64,000 nt of DNA from Chiloscyllium plagiosum (taxonomy: Eukaryota), in assembly GCF_004010195.1 (NCBI RefSeq), contig NC_057718.1, forward strand, positions 99,311,470 through 99,375,469. Reading direction: 5' to 3'. How positions within the stretch are numbered: the stretch's first letter is position 1; each line of letters starts with the position of its first letter. The notes under the pieces were generated by a model, which did no database searches, was not told the origin of the DNA, and was given only the letters and a program-made list of their open reading frames with translations. Below are positions 37,501 to 50,000 of the stretch, piece after piece. The position numbers were made by a program, and so were the translations under genes.

Positions 37501-38765
37501 TTGCTGTTGCTCTTTAAAGTGGGAAGCTATTGCTTCTGAAGCGATGAGATGTGGAACCGCAGCGATTTAGTTAAAGAAAGGTACAACTGTGTCTAAGATA
37601 CACAAAACCATGGCCTACATTCGACCAGCATTCTTTCCATTGCAAGTATTATTGATCCAGAACAGTATGTAGGTGCAGCTCCAGATTAGAAAAAGAGTTG
37701 ATGCAAGGAAGCAGTTGTTCCAACATGTGCACGGGGATCATTGTAGCATTCATTCTATTAAAGCCACAACCTGCTGCTTCTTCCCTTCATGTTGACGTCG
37801 AGAGGCAATGCCACGATCATTTTCAATCTTGTCATAACCTTTAGAACTCTTTCACTAATAACCACGCCCTTTCCAAACCCTGGCAAACTGCACAATCAAA
37901 GCATCATCGCAGAGACTGAAAAGGCAATTACAATCTTTCACAAAGCTGCCGAGCAATCACGGTGGACGAGAAAATCTGATTTTCTTTTAAAGAAAGGATC
38001 TTTCCCCGTCTTCAAAAAAAGATATATATAAACAGAGACGGTTCAGTGGTAGCACAGATGGAGTTACTAGTAATGGCATCGTGTTGCAGTCTGTTATCCC
38101 ATTATCGTAAATGGGACCATCTGTGTTTACTGTGCATTTCAGCATTCCTGAATATAGAAGGACCGGCTATTTCCTATTCGCCTGAGTGTTCGGGCACACT
38201 GTTGCAAACTCAAGACACTGTGTGAGGGACCAATGTTGTACAGCAGAGGCAGGTAGACAGCGATGTCTGTGATTGCTTCCCCCCAAGTTGTGTCGCAGCC
38301 ATTGTATTATCGGAGAGATAGACTTTCATTTCTGTTACCTGTACAGGGTTAAACCGCTAACCTTGCTCTCTTACTGTCTGAACGAAAACAGATAGGACTT
38401 TGTTGACTGGCTGAGGAAAGTAGAATGCGTTTTATCCACCACCTGGTATCGGGTTACAGCAGAATCCCATTAGGCTGCTAAGTCAGGGGGAAAACAGGCT
38501 GCACGTTCAGCAGGGGAAGATTCAGAGGTGTGTGAAACCAGTGATGGTTCTGATAAAGCAAATAAAGAGAAACTGTTTCCACTGGCATGCATAACCAGAA
38601 GATGCAAATTTTAACCTGATTGGCAAAACAATCAGGAAGATTCATTGTTTTACACATTACGATCTGGAATGTGGAGCCCAAAAGGATGGTGGATACAGAC
38701 TTGGCAGCAGCTTTCAAAAGGGAATCGGCCACATCCTTGAATCATCTGCAGGGCTGTGGGGAAGA

Positions 38766-39045
38766 TTTAGATTCCCTACATTATGGAAACAGGCCCTTCG
38801 GCCCAACAAGTCCATACTGACCCTCCAAAGAGGAGTAACCCACCCATTCCTCACATTCATCCCTGACTATGGGCAATTTAACGTGACCAATTCACCTGAC
38901 CTGCACATCTTTGGATTGTGGGAGGAAACTGGAGCAAACCCACGCAGATATAGGGAGAATGTGCAAATTCCACACAGTCACCCAAGGCAGGAGTCAAAAC
39001 TGGGTCCCTGGCACTGTGAGGCAACAGTACTAACCACCGTGCCAC
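38766..39045 (-). mobile_element. HE1-like SINE within an old CR1 tail (38480-38765)
   Basis: Core and head on -. Confidence 0.88.
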
Positions 39046-40649
39046 CTGTAAGAGAGTAGGATATGGGACTGATTGGTTAGCGGTCTCAGAAAGCCATACA
39101 AACAAGGCACAAGGGGTGGGTCAGTAAGGCCTTCAAACCCAGCCGGCTACTCATTAAGCTCATGGCTGATCTGATTTCACTTCAACTCTACATTCCCGCC
39201 CGATAGTCTTTCATGCCCTTGGTCATCGTGAATCGAGCACCTTCCGCCTGAAAAAAATACTTAATCCAGAGCCTTTTGAGGAAGATCCACACATCCCTCA
39301 GAGAAAAAGAGTCAGCACAGGTTCAGGGAGGGCCAAATGGACTCTTTCTGTGTTGTGCCATTCTATTATTCTACTCGAGAGCTGGAAGGGCAAAGTGCAA
39401 AGTGACCATCTCCTGCAGTGCTCTGCCAACAAGAGGAATATTCGATAAACAAAGGGGTTGAGATTTTCACTTCGAAAGCTGTGGTTAGGTCTCATAATGT
39501 CATGATACTCCCCGTGTCACCCTTGAATTCAGCGGAAAAGAGCAAATCTCATCAGTCATCAGAAATAGAAAGCTCGGTCACAAATGCAACAGAATAGAAT
39601 GCCAAAGGAGTTGAGATGGATGCAAAAACTGAGAGGAGACAAAGACATCTTAAATTACTCAAAATTAATAATCTCAACGGAAGAACAATATACTGAGCAG
39701 ACTGCTTCCATATTATTTAACAATGTGCTTCTCATTTAGTCCTGGCACCATTACATTCTGCTGGGACTCCTGCACCTGAGGAATCCGCTGAACTGGCTCA
39801 TATGGGGCTGGGTGGAGAGGCTGTCCCTGGCCATTGAGTGTGAGAACACGCTGACCCTTCTGCAATTGTCGCCCACCTCTGCAAACGCTGGGCCCGATAC
39901 TCTGGCTTTTCTGGCAACTCTCCGGAGAGAGAGATTCCAGCATGTTCCCTCTGCCCTCGTGCAGGCGTCCTTTATCAAAAACATTCCCATCTGACCGCCT
40001 TCTACTCAGCGCAGCTGGCTGTTTGAGGTTGGCATCCAGTCAGCATCGGTCTCTTTAGGGAAAGGGTTTTGGTTGGCCAAGTGTCCACTCTCTTTCCCCC
40101 AGCTGTTGACCGAGGCTTTTACTAGAATCGCTGAGTGGCACAACTCCAAAGGAGGCTATCAACTTCAAAGTTACTCAGTTCAATAACGTGAGTCCGTTTA
40201 CTTTTGATGCTCACTGTGTTCGATTGTTTAACTTTGGATGTGGACTCTTTCAAAGCTGTTACAAGAGCTGGGAAGACAGAACGGCAGTGTAAGCAGACAG
40301 TTAAAACCCTGTGAATAAATCTTATTGCTTACTTAAAATCCAGAGGCATCTTGGTGTAGCTCTGAGATATCAAATACAAATAGAGGCTATGTGGTCCACC
40401 ATGCTGTTGGAAGTACTCTTAATGTCACTTTCTGCTCTTTCCCCAGAGCTCTGAAATATTTCACTCTTCAAGTACCCTTTCAGACTGATCATTCCAGATC
40501 TTAAAATTCCCTGTAAAGTTTCTCCTTCATTTGTCCCTTAGTCTTTTGTTTATCATTTTAATTTGAATTCTTGGTTACTGATAATTGCAAACAACTTTTC
40601 CTTTATTGTTTTGGCTTTGAACAGCTCTGTCAAATCACCCCATAATCTT

Positions 40650-41150
40650 ATCCAATCATATAGTATGGAAATAGACCCTTCAGTCCAACCAGTCCATGTC
40701 AACCATGCTCCCAAACTAGACGAGTCCCACCTGCCTGCTCCCGGCCTCTCTCCCTCCAAACCTTTCCTATTCATGTACTCATCCAAATGTCTTTTAAATA
40801 TTATAACTGTACCCACATCCACCACTTCCTCAGGAAGTTTGTTCCACATGCAAACCAGCCTCTGCATAAAAAAATTGTCCCTTGTGTCTTTTTTAATTCT
40901 CTCTCCTCAAAAATGTGCCCTCTCGTCTTGAAGTCCTCCATCCTAGGGAAAAGACACCTCCCATTAACCTTATTCATAACCCTCATGATTTTTTCAACTT
41001 TTATAAGGCCACCTCTTAACCCCGTACACTCCAGTGAGAAAAGTCGCAGCCTCTCGATGTAACTCAAAGCTTCCATACCCAGCAACATCCTGGTAAATTT
41101 CTTCTGAACCCTCTCCACCTTAAATTAACAGGGCAGCTAGAACTGGACAT
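40650..41150 (-). mobile_element. CR1 3' end
   Basis: ERVQKKFTRMLLGME..RGGLIKVEKIMR and QRLVCMWNKLPEEVV. Confidence 0.88.
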
Positions 41151-41715
41151 AGCACTATAGGTCTGTTAAGTATCAGGAACTTAATACCTTGTGACACCCA
41201 GCTTGGGACGTCCTCTGTTGTAAAAAGACATGATGGGTGCAAATTGTTGCTTTCTCCACCATCAATTCTTTTATGACAGAAATGTATTGATGATTTCAAA
41301 ATAACATCAGTGATTGCCAGTTATTTATCAGTTCAGAAGTGCATTGGAAACCTAAATGTCAGATTAGATTCATTCAAAATTCATCACAGCACTGAAATGC
41401 CAGATCAGAGTTGATTGTATGTATATCATATTACAAGTGATGAAAAGGGCTGCCTATTTTTAGTTTTGTTTGACTAGATTTTGCCTTAAATGGGTGCTGT
41501 TTTAGCAGTCTGGACTTGCTTCCTCACATATAACTGCGGATTTTAATACTGCAAAGAAGCATAAACATATCATTTCTGGTGTGTTCTTAATGCAAAGGGC
41601 CTGTCAGTTACAAGGGTCTCCTTGACTGTATTCTGCTGATGCAGAGTGAATACATACTGGATTATGAGAGATAGAGGCAGATACAGAACACCATGCTTGT
41701 TTGTGTGAAGCAGAG

Positions 41716-42068
41716 GAGGGGGGTGGGGGGTGGGGGTGTGTGGGGCTGGGGTGAAGTTTGCGGGAATGCAATAGGTAGATGAAGATCGGGTGAGGGGGAG
41801 GTGATGGTGATAGGTTAGAGAGGAGGGTGGAGCGGATAGGTGGGAAGGAAGATGGACAGGTGGGACCCGTCAAGAGGGTGGTCCCCAGTTGAATGCTAGG
41901 TTAAAGTGGGAGGGAGGGGAGATTGAGGAAACTGGTGAAATCTGCATCGATCCCTTGTGATTGGAGGGTCCCAAGGCGAAAGATGAGGAGCTCTTCCTCC
42001 AGGCATCGGGTGGCTAGAGTTTGGCGATGGAGTTGGCCCAGGGCTTGGCGGAGTGGGAGGGGGAGTTA
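41716..42068 (-). mobile_element. Penelope-like element fragment encoding a GIY-YIG endonuclease C-terminus plus C-rich 3' UTR
   Basis: Manual minus-strand translation of 42067-41925 gives NSPSHSAK/LGQLHRQTLATRCLEEELLIFRLGTLQSQGIDADFTSFL, resembling the PLE E..I..L.TL.P.G.N motif. The UTR matches 49285-49700. Confidence 0.8.
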
Positions 42069-42536
42069 ATGTTTTTGATTTGTTCAGGGGGTATGAGTAT
42101 CACTGACCAGGCCCAGAATCACAAAATTATTATGGTGTAGAAGGAGGCCATTCGGCCCCTCATACCTGTACCGGCATCGTTGGCCTGTCCCAATCTGCTT
42201 TTGCCCCCATACCTTTGCTCATTATTTCTATCCAAATAAACAATCAATACCCTCTTGAATGCCTCATTTGAACCTGCCTCTGCCACAATTCCTTCTGTAA
42301 CTGCATGAAAAGGTTTATGGCCATTTATTGCCCATTCCTATTTGCCCTCGAGAAGGTGCTCGTGAGCTGCCCTCTTGTTTTGCCACAGTCTACGTGGTGT
42401 AGGTAGGCCCACAGTGTTGTTCAGAAAGGAGTTGCAGGATTCTGACCCAGCGACAATGAAGGAATATATATCCGAGTCAGGATGGTGAGTAGCTTGGAGA
42501 GGAACCCGCAGATGAGGGCGCTGCCATGCAGCTAGA

Positions 42537-43058
42537 ATCAGAGAACCCTTACACTGTGGAAGTAGGCCATTTGGCCCTTTGCATCCATGCTGCCCCACCC
42601 AGACCCACCCCTATTCCTATAACTATTTCCCATGGCTGATCCACCTAGCCTGCACATCCATGGACAGTGTGGGCAATTTAGCTTGGCCAATCCACCCAAC
42701 CTGCACATCTTTGGACTGTGAGAGGAAACCCATGGGGAGAACATACAAACTCCACACTGACAGCCACCTGAGGCTGGAATCGAACCCGAGTCCGTGACGC
42801 CGTGAGGCGACTGACTGTGTGGAGTTTGCACATTCTCCCCGTGTCTGCGTGGATTTCCTCCGAGTGCTCCGGTTTCCTCCCACAGTCCAAAGATGTGCAG
42901 GTCAGGTGAATTGGCCATGCTAAATTGCCCGTAGTGTTAAGTGAAGGGGTAAATGTAGGGGTATGGGTGGGTTGCGCTTCAGCGGGTCGGTGTGGACTTG
43001 TTGGGCCGAAGGGCCTGTTTCCACACTGTAAGTAATCTAATCTACCCACTGAGCCACT
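42537..43058. mobile_element. HE1-like SINE (-) with a 5'-truncated HE1-like SINE (+, ~42803-43043) inserted in its head
   Basis: The minus copy head resumes at acccactgagccac (43044). Both lie inside a family-C LINE. Confidence 0.88.
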
Positions 43059-43599
43059 CATTGGGACGGTGCCCATTGGCATCTAGTTGGTGGAGGTCAG
43101 GGGTTGGGAAGCTGTTGCTGAAGGAACCTGGGTGAGTTGCTCTGGAAGGTCTGCTGCATAGGTAGTGCATATCAGAGCTGTGACCATTATCTACGGAGCT
43201 GGGAGCTTTATATAGGTTGTGGCAATTTGCTGCCAGAGCTCCGACAAGTATCTGGAACAGTTACCAAGGAGCTGTCCAAGCTCAGGTTGTGTTGGGTAGA
43301 TCTTCTACCCACAATTTAAAAGGGAAATGGCAGAGGCAGGAGTGGAGGAGAACTTTAAGTTGCTGCTGAGCTTCAGTGAAGACCCAGGTGCCCATTGGAG
43401 ACTACAGTACTCAATCATTCTAGGTTTGATAGTGGGAGTTTGCCAACCATTGATGCTCATGAGGCGTCTGCACAGAGCACACAGTGCGGATGGAAGGATT
43501 ACAAATTGGAGGTCACCAATTAAAGATAACTAGCAAAAGAAGCAATTGTGATTGGGTTAAGGGTAGGCAATGAGTGGTCAATATCTGAAATTTTTGTTT

Positions 43600-43830
43600 T
43601 GTTCATTCACGGGATGAGGGTGTTGCTGGCTAACCCAGCATTTATTGTCCATCCTTAATTACCCAGAGGGCAATTAAGAGCCAACTACATCGCTCTGGGT
43701 CTGGAGTCACGTGTATGCTAGACCAGGTAAGAGTGGCAGTTTCCTTCCCTTGAAGGACTTTAGTGATCCAGGTGGGTCTTTCCAACAATCAGCATTGGAC
43801 TCATGGCCATCATTAGATTATTAATTCCTC
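43600..43830 (-). mobile_element. Second SINE family, 3' half
   Basis: ttcattcacgggatgagggtgttgctggct...cagcatttatt and ggcagtttccttccct. Confidence 0.75.
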
Positions 43831-44344
43831 TTCCTGTGAGGTGGAGGCACCTCCCATCTTGGCTTTCAACAGAATAATTATCCGAAGAAGAGATATTTGC
43901 AGGACGATGGGGATAAGCCGGGGAATGGGTGCAGCTCAGCTGCCCTTGCGGAGACCCAAGCTAAGAAAAGGGCCGAATAGCCTCCTCCCGTGCTGTATCC
44001 AGTCTGTATTCCTCTGATAATGCCTCATGGTGTATTCGCAATATCATCCCAAACCCGACTCGATTAGCTTAGAGCATCATGACCTCGCTCAGATTATAAC
44101 TGTGCTCAAACCCACACATTCTCTCACTCAGCAAAGGGGTTTCACTTTATAATGTCTACCACAGAATAATACATCGAAAAACATTCTCAACTTCTTTGTG
44201 AAGGTAGCTTAAATGGTTAATTAAACACTCAGCAAGGCAACGTTTGTCAATCAGACAGTGTGACGTAATATCAAACTAATCTGCTGTGTGCAGACATCTG
44301 AAGATACAGACCAGAGTTTCAAATGACTAGAACCTATATTGTAT

Positions 44345-45055
44345 ACTGCACCTTCACTGAGAGTGTTTGATGGAGACAGTGTGGAGGATTCTTTACTCTG
44401 TATCTACAGCTGCGCTGTACCTGCCCTGTGGATGCTGGATAGGGATACAGTTAAGGGAGCTTTACTCTGTATCTAACTCAGTATCTAACCTATTCCTGAT
44501 GAAGGGCTTTTGCCTGAAACATCGATTCTCCTGCTCCTCGGATGCTGCCTGACTCGGTGTGCTTTTCCAGCACCACACTAATCTTGACTCTAACCCAGTG
44601 CATACCTGTCCTGGAAGCATTTGTTGGGGACAGTGTAGAGGGATCTTTACTCTGTATCTAAATCTATACTGTACCTGCCCTGTCGATACTGGATAGGGAC
44701 ACTGTACAGGGAGCTTTACTCTATATCTAAACCTATACTGTACCTGCCCTGTGGATACTGGATAGGGACACTGTACAGGGGGCTTCACTCTGTATCTTAC
44801 CCAGTGCATACCTGTCCTGAAAGTGTTTGATGGGGATGGTATAGAGAGAGATTTACTCTATATCTAACCCTGTGCTATACTTGTCCCGAGAGAATTTGAT
44901 GATGCTATTATAGGTGAAGCTTTACTCAGTATCTAACTGGAGTTTTAATGAGACTACATGAAGGGGGATTTACTCTATATTTAAACTGGGTTGTCCTAGG
45001 CCAGTGGGTGTTTGCAGGGATGGCATGAAAGGAGGTTTCTCTTCATCTAAACCCT
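44345..45055. repeat. Degenerate 69-bp tandem repeat (~8-9 units) interrupted by an F1 module
   Basis: (c)tttactct anchors at 44391, 44460, 44645, 44714, 44783, 44851 and 44920. Confidence 0.9.
44492..44527 (+). ncRNA. Minimal hammerhead motif (F1) at the 5' end of PLE module 44492-44592
   Basis: ATTC-CTGATGA-A-GGGC-TTTT-GCCT-GAAA-CA-TC-GATT. Confidence 0.7.
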
Positions 45056-46007
45056 GAGCAAGTTTGAAATTCCAGCGGGAATTTCACTGTTCATTTATGC
45101 GCTGTGTACATCACATCATGAAGTTATTTCAGTCAAGCTCACTCTCTTCAATGTAATGGATTGGCGATTCAAGACAACAATCTCCCTGGGCTCCAACAGT
45201 CCCAGTGATGAAATTGGGAGGTTGCCAGAGATAAGATATGTAGCATTCTATGTTGATAAAACTATCTCTACTGTCAAAAACAAACTGACCAGGCAATTCA
45301 TTAGTTAGTATAGACAAATTTTGAGTAACAGTTGTAATTGGAGGCTACTGAAGCATTCATACTGAGTGAGTCGATGCTGCAGAGAGATCATTCAGCCGCA
45401 CAGGTCATTGCTTGTGTTTATGCTCCACCTCTTGCCATATTCAAGAAAGAGATTGAGAAAGTTTAAGATTTTAAAGGCATCAAGGGGAACAGGGAGAACG
45501 TAGGGACGTGGCATTGAGATAGTGGACCAGCCATGATCAGATTGTATGGTGGAGCAGGCTAGATGGGCTGAATGGCCTTCCCCTGTTCCTAATCACATTC
45601 ACAAAGGACATGTGTCTCTTTTAAAAGAGAAATCTGTCAATGCTCTTGAAACCTCCCCCTCTCCGCAGACCCCCTCCTTTCCTTTGTTAGTTTAGTATGT
45701 GGATATGAGTAACCTCCCACATCCCTGCACACAATCTGATCATATCCCCTCACCTGGTCTTTGAAAGCAATGCAGCTACAATGCAAGGCCCACCTTTCAG
45801 CCTGTAACAGTCCACAATTGATTCCAAAGTTTATCCCGTGCTGATTGAATTCACGTACCGTAAGAAAAGTGAAAAGACACCACACTCCTAGTCCTTGTGG
45901 CCCCACCCCATGCCATTTTGGTTCATTCACTGATGAAACAGCTCAGTACATTAGTTGCCGTGTGTAACCATCATTCCTTTAGATACAGGGAACATTTGCT
46001 CAAGACA

Positions 46008-46220
46008 GTGGGTGGCTCAGTGGTTAGCATCAGTGTCTCATAGTGTCAGGGACCTGGGTTCAATTCCAGCATTGGGTAAGAGACGGTCTGTATGGGTCTC
46101 TTCCTACAGTCCAAAGATGTACAAGTTAATCGCCCCTAGTATCCAGGGGTATGTAAGGTGAATTAGCCATGGGGGTACGGTGGGGTTTGGCCTCTCTCTG
46201 CACTGCAGAGTTCTGTGATT
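46008..46220 (+). mobile_element. HE1-like SINE, deleted and diverged
   Basis: ggtggctcagtggttagca and gggttcaattcc. Confidence 0.75.
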
Positions 46221-47000
46221 GGTGATAGTTCTCATTGGTCACCATTACTGAGGCTCGCTTCCAATTCCAGATGTCATTCATTAAATGCAAATTTCCCTAA
46301 CTGCAAGGATCTGAACCCACATTAACCTGGGCCTCTGGATTACTATTGTGTCAGCATCTCACCTGACACATGGAAGAGAATCAGGTTGTTGGCAAGGTTG
46401 GAGTGTCCTCCTCAGAGGCTATGGAGAGAAGGAAATTGGAGCGTGTTCTGCTATTGGACATGATCAGGGCTGACCATCCAAATCAGTCTCCAGCCCCTTT
46501 GATCCCTTTTAGCCCTTAGAGGTGTTGAAAATCATCAGGGTTGGTAATAATGACCAAGAGAAGAACACCCATTTAAAGAGAATAGAGAAAAAAATCACGG
46601 GAAGAGTGCAGAGAAAAATGTCTTTAATACAATGATTGGCAAGGATCTGAAACAGACTGTCTGAGAGAAGTAGATTCTGTTGTTGGCTTTCAAAATCATT
46701 GTCTGAGGAGAAATAATTTGCGAGACTACATGGAAAAGCTATAGGAGTGGGACTCAGTGAGTTGTCCCTGTGGATTGAGAGCCCAGACGGACATGTGGGA
46801 TTGGTATCTTCTTTCTGTGTGCTATAACCACGGCTCATTTCTGTTTAAACCCAGACACAACGCGGAAGCTGTCTTCAGGCTTATTTTCAATCAAGGTGTC
46901 GTTCATCCTCTCGCCTTGTCTGGTCGCTGGAATAACGGACCACCCTCAATCCTCCATTACCTCTTAATGCCCCTTCCTCAGTCAAGAACCAGAAGAGCTG

Positions 47001-47200
47001 TGATGTGGAGGTGCTGGTGTTGGACTGGGGTGGACAAGGTCAGAAGTCACATGACACCAGGTTATCGTCCAACAGGTTCATTTGAAGTCGCAAGCGTTCG
47101 GAGCGCTGCTCCTACGTCAGGTGAAGTCTCCCGTGCTCCAAAAGCTTCCGATTACAAATAAACCCATTGAACTATAACTGGTGTTGTGTGACTTCTGACT
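47001..47200. mobile_element. F2 PLE inverted pair
   Basis: gtcagaagtcacatgacaccaggttat is mirrored by ataactggtgttgtgtgacttctgac. Confidence 0.8.
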
Positions 47201-47244
47201 TAGAAGGACCAGAGAAAGGAGAACTGTTCAACAGAACGCGGTAT

Positions 47245-47750
47245 CGTCCCACTCTCTCATTAGAGAGAACGATGGGCCGTGGTTTAACCTGAGGGTCACC
47301 ACTCCTCAGGCAGGGAGGGATTTTGAGAAGGAGAGTGCATTGTGGTAACCTCAGCCGGTGCAAGAGGTGAACCCACGCTGTCGGCATTACGTTGCATTGC
47401 AAGCTAGCCGTCTAGCCAACTGAGCTAACCAGCTCCAAACAGAGGCATGTGGCAGCCTGTGTGCTTCTGTCCAAGGTGAAGCGTGGAAGAGGCTGTCAGA
47501 CAAGGGAAGCAACAAACATTCCAACTCTCCATATTGGCTCCCAGGAAACCTTCATAATCTTACGTGTAAATATGCCTGTGCGGGGATCGGTTAGTTCAGT
47601 TGGTGGGCAGGTGACAGCGTGGGTTCAATTCCTTTACCAGCTCTAGTTGCTATGAAGGTTCAGTCTTTTCAGCCTGGTCTGCGGTGATACCCAGGTAAAC
47701 CTAGGTTGTGTGCGTCTTTCTAATGAGCGAGCAGGACTATTGTGACCCTA
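47245..47750. mobile_element. Two divergent copies of a third tRNA-derived SINE family (47245-47435 -, 47580-47750 +)
   Basis: Both read ggttagytcagttgg...acagcgtgggttca...ctaatgagmgag. Confidence 0.7.
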
Positions 47751-47940
47751 CACTTAATTAAGTCAATACCTGAATTGTAGCTGCAGAGATCGGCAGTTTG
47801 CTGACTCAAGGCAGGTATCGGGGATTTTTGGGGGTGTGTAATAATGTGGCCCAGATGAATTAGTAGCAGCAAACAGGTTGGGATAGAGCTCTCACACAGG
47901 ACTTCAGTTTTACACATGACACGTTGACATCATTGAATGA

Positions 47941-48090
47941 AGTTAAAAACTCTTATTCTCCACAACCACCTGATAAAGGAGCGTCGCTCCGAAAGCTAGT
48001 GCTTCCAAACAAACCTGTTGGATTATAACCTGGTGTTGTGTGATTTTTAACTTTGTCCACCCCAGTCCAACACCGGCACCTCCACATCAT
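47941..48090 (+). mobile_element. F2 PLE module, TSD ATTGAATGA, near-intact hammerhead
   Basis: CAC-CTGATAA-A-GGAGC-GTC-GCTCC-GAAA-GC-TA-GTG. G8>A; stem I is CAC/GTG. Confidence 0.85.
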
Positions 48091-49145
48091 AATTGAATGA
48101 GACAGCTTTTGTTTCAATTGTAAATAGTGTGAACCATATGTGAACCAGAAGCAGCCAACCGACTGAACAAAGGGAAGATTTGCAAATGCCTAAAGTCTGG
48201 CTGGGGCTGTGATGGTGGGAGAGGTGGGGGGGGGGATAAAAGAGCAGAAATTCTGGCCTTTTGTTTTGTTTTCTAATAGTGTGGTCAGATTGCAAGTGAC
48301 ATAATTCATAGCGTCGCACTCCCTTTGTTCCTGACGAGAGGTGCAGATGTCAGCATGTGCTGGCACTGATGCTGCAAGCACACAGGCATCTGACGGTGCA
48401 GATGCAGAAAGATGGAGTGGTTAACAAGATGTATTCACTGCATCCCTTTCCCCCATATAGCTGACCCAAGCAGGGTTACTCATCTGCAGCGCAAGGCACG
48501 TTTCATGTGCAACTTGGAAAAGACGCTGCACATTTTTAAAAGGAAAGAAATCTCAGATTGGAAAGGCTTGTAGCAGCCAATGATTTTCTTGTTAGAATTA
48601 CGGTTGCTAGGAAAGGTCAGAGGTGCCTACTTTAGTTTTGCACTATATCATTGTCACTGGTTTGGGAGCACGGTGTATCTATGTATAGTCAAAATGTTAG
48701 CAGGTTTCTTTCAACCTCTGGGTACGTCAAGGGAGCCACTTTGTTGGTATCAGTTCAGTGGTGGGAGCAGGTTCAATACTAAATCTTAAACAGGAATTGT
48801 CATGGGAACAGGATTAGGGCCATTCAGCCCCTCGAGCCTGTTCTGCCAATCCCGCAATTCAGCAGGGCTGGGCTGGGAACTAATTGGTCAGCTCGTGAGG
48901 AGCTGGCACGGGCAGTGTGGACAGAGTGGCCTCCTCTGCGCGGTATAACTCCCTGATTCTGTGGCACCCAAATCCCACCTATACCACCCTCACCTACAGT
49001 ACTAAAGTTGGCAACTGCAGAGACAGTCGACCTCGGCAGTGAGTTCCATGGACATACCTCCAAACCCATTTACCGTCACAGGCCAGCACCAGGGTAGGAT
49101 GGGCAGCAAGAGGAGAAGGACCTTTCCCTTAGCCTTACTGGATGG

Positions 49146-49703
49146 AAGTCAAAGAGGGTGGTGCTAGAAAAGCACAGCAGGTCAGACAGCAGCCGAGGAG
49201 CAGGAGAATCGACGTTTCGGGCAGGAGCCCTACATCAGGAATGAGGGGGTGCCATAGGGGGCTGAGGGATGAATGGAAAGGGGGTGGGGCTGGGGGGAAG
49301 GTAGCTGGGAATGTGATAGGCAGATGAAGTTGAGGAGTGAAAGTTAATTTTTAAAAAATCTTGTAAACTCCAGCCAATGTAATCCTAACTGATTCAACCC
49401 CTCCTCATACATCAGTCCCAACCAATCCTGCCCATTTGCTGCACACTGTGGCAGCCCAGGTCCAGTGGAAGTGGGTTGGAGTCTGAAGGTGATATTAAGA
49501 GAGTGAGTGATCAGGAGCTGATTGGACTACAATCTGCTGGCATACACTCCTCTTGAAGTTGAGGGGTGAAAGTGATAGGTCAGAGAGGAGAGTGGAGCAG
49601 ATAGGTGGGAAGGAAGATGGACAGGTGGGACAGGTCAAGAGGGCTGTGCCGAGTTGGAAGGTTGGATCTGGGATGAGATGGGGGGGAGGGGAAATTAGGA
49701 AAC
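49146..49703 (-). mobile_element. F1 PLE 3' end with upstream UTR, interrupted by an inverted templated insertion
   Basis: The hammerhead module 49146-49242 continues into sequence shared with 41740-41932. Confidence 0.85.
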
Positions 49704-50000
49704 CCTCCCTTGCTGGATGAAAGCCGGGAGGTTGATAATGTTTATAAAATGGTCATGGGGTAAAGGTAACTGCCCAGCCAGGATTCCCCAAACTCAGGGC
49801 TGTATGCCAGCAGATTGTAGTCCAATCAGCTCCTGATCACTCACTCTCTTAATATCACCTTCAGACTCCAACCCACTTCCACTGGACCTGGGCTGCCACA
49901 GTGTGCAGCAAATGGGCAGGATTGGTTGGGACTGATGTATGAGGAGGGGTTGAATCAGTTAGGATTACATTGGCTGGAGTTTACAAGATTTTTAAAAATT
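49346..50000. repeat. ~200-bp near-perfect inverted repeat (49346-49546 / 49801-50000)
   Basis: aatttttaaaaaatcttgtaaactccagcc...ctggcataca versus tgtatgccag...ggctggagtttacaagatttttaaaaatt. Confidence 0.97.

Noticed and set aside
49243..49320. G-rich tract as a G-quadruplex regulatory element
   Set aside because: It is the antisense of the C-rich PLE UTR; there is no locus-specific evidence.
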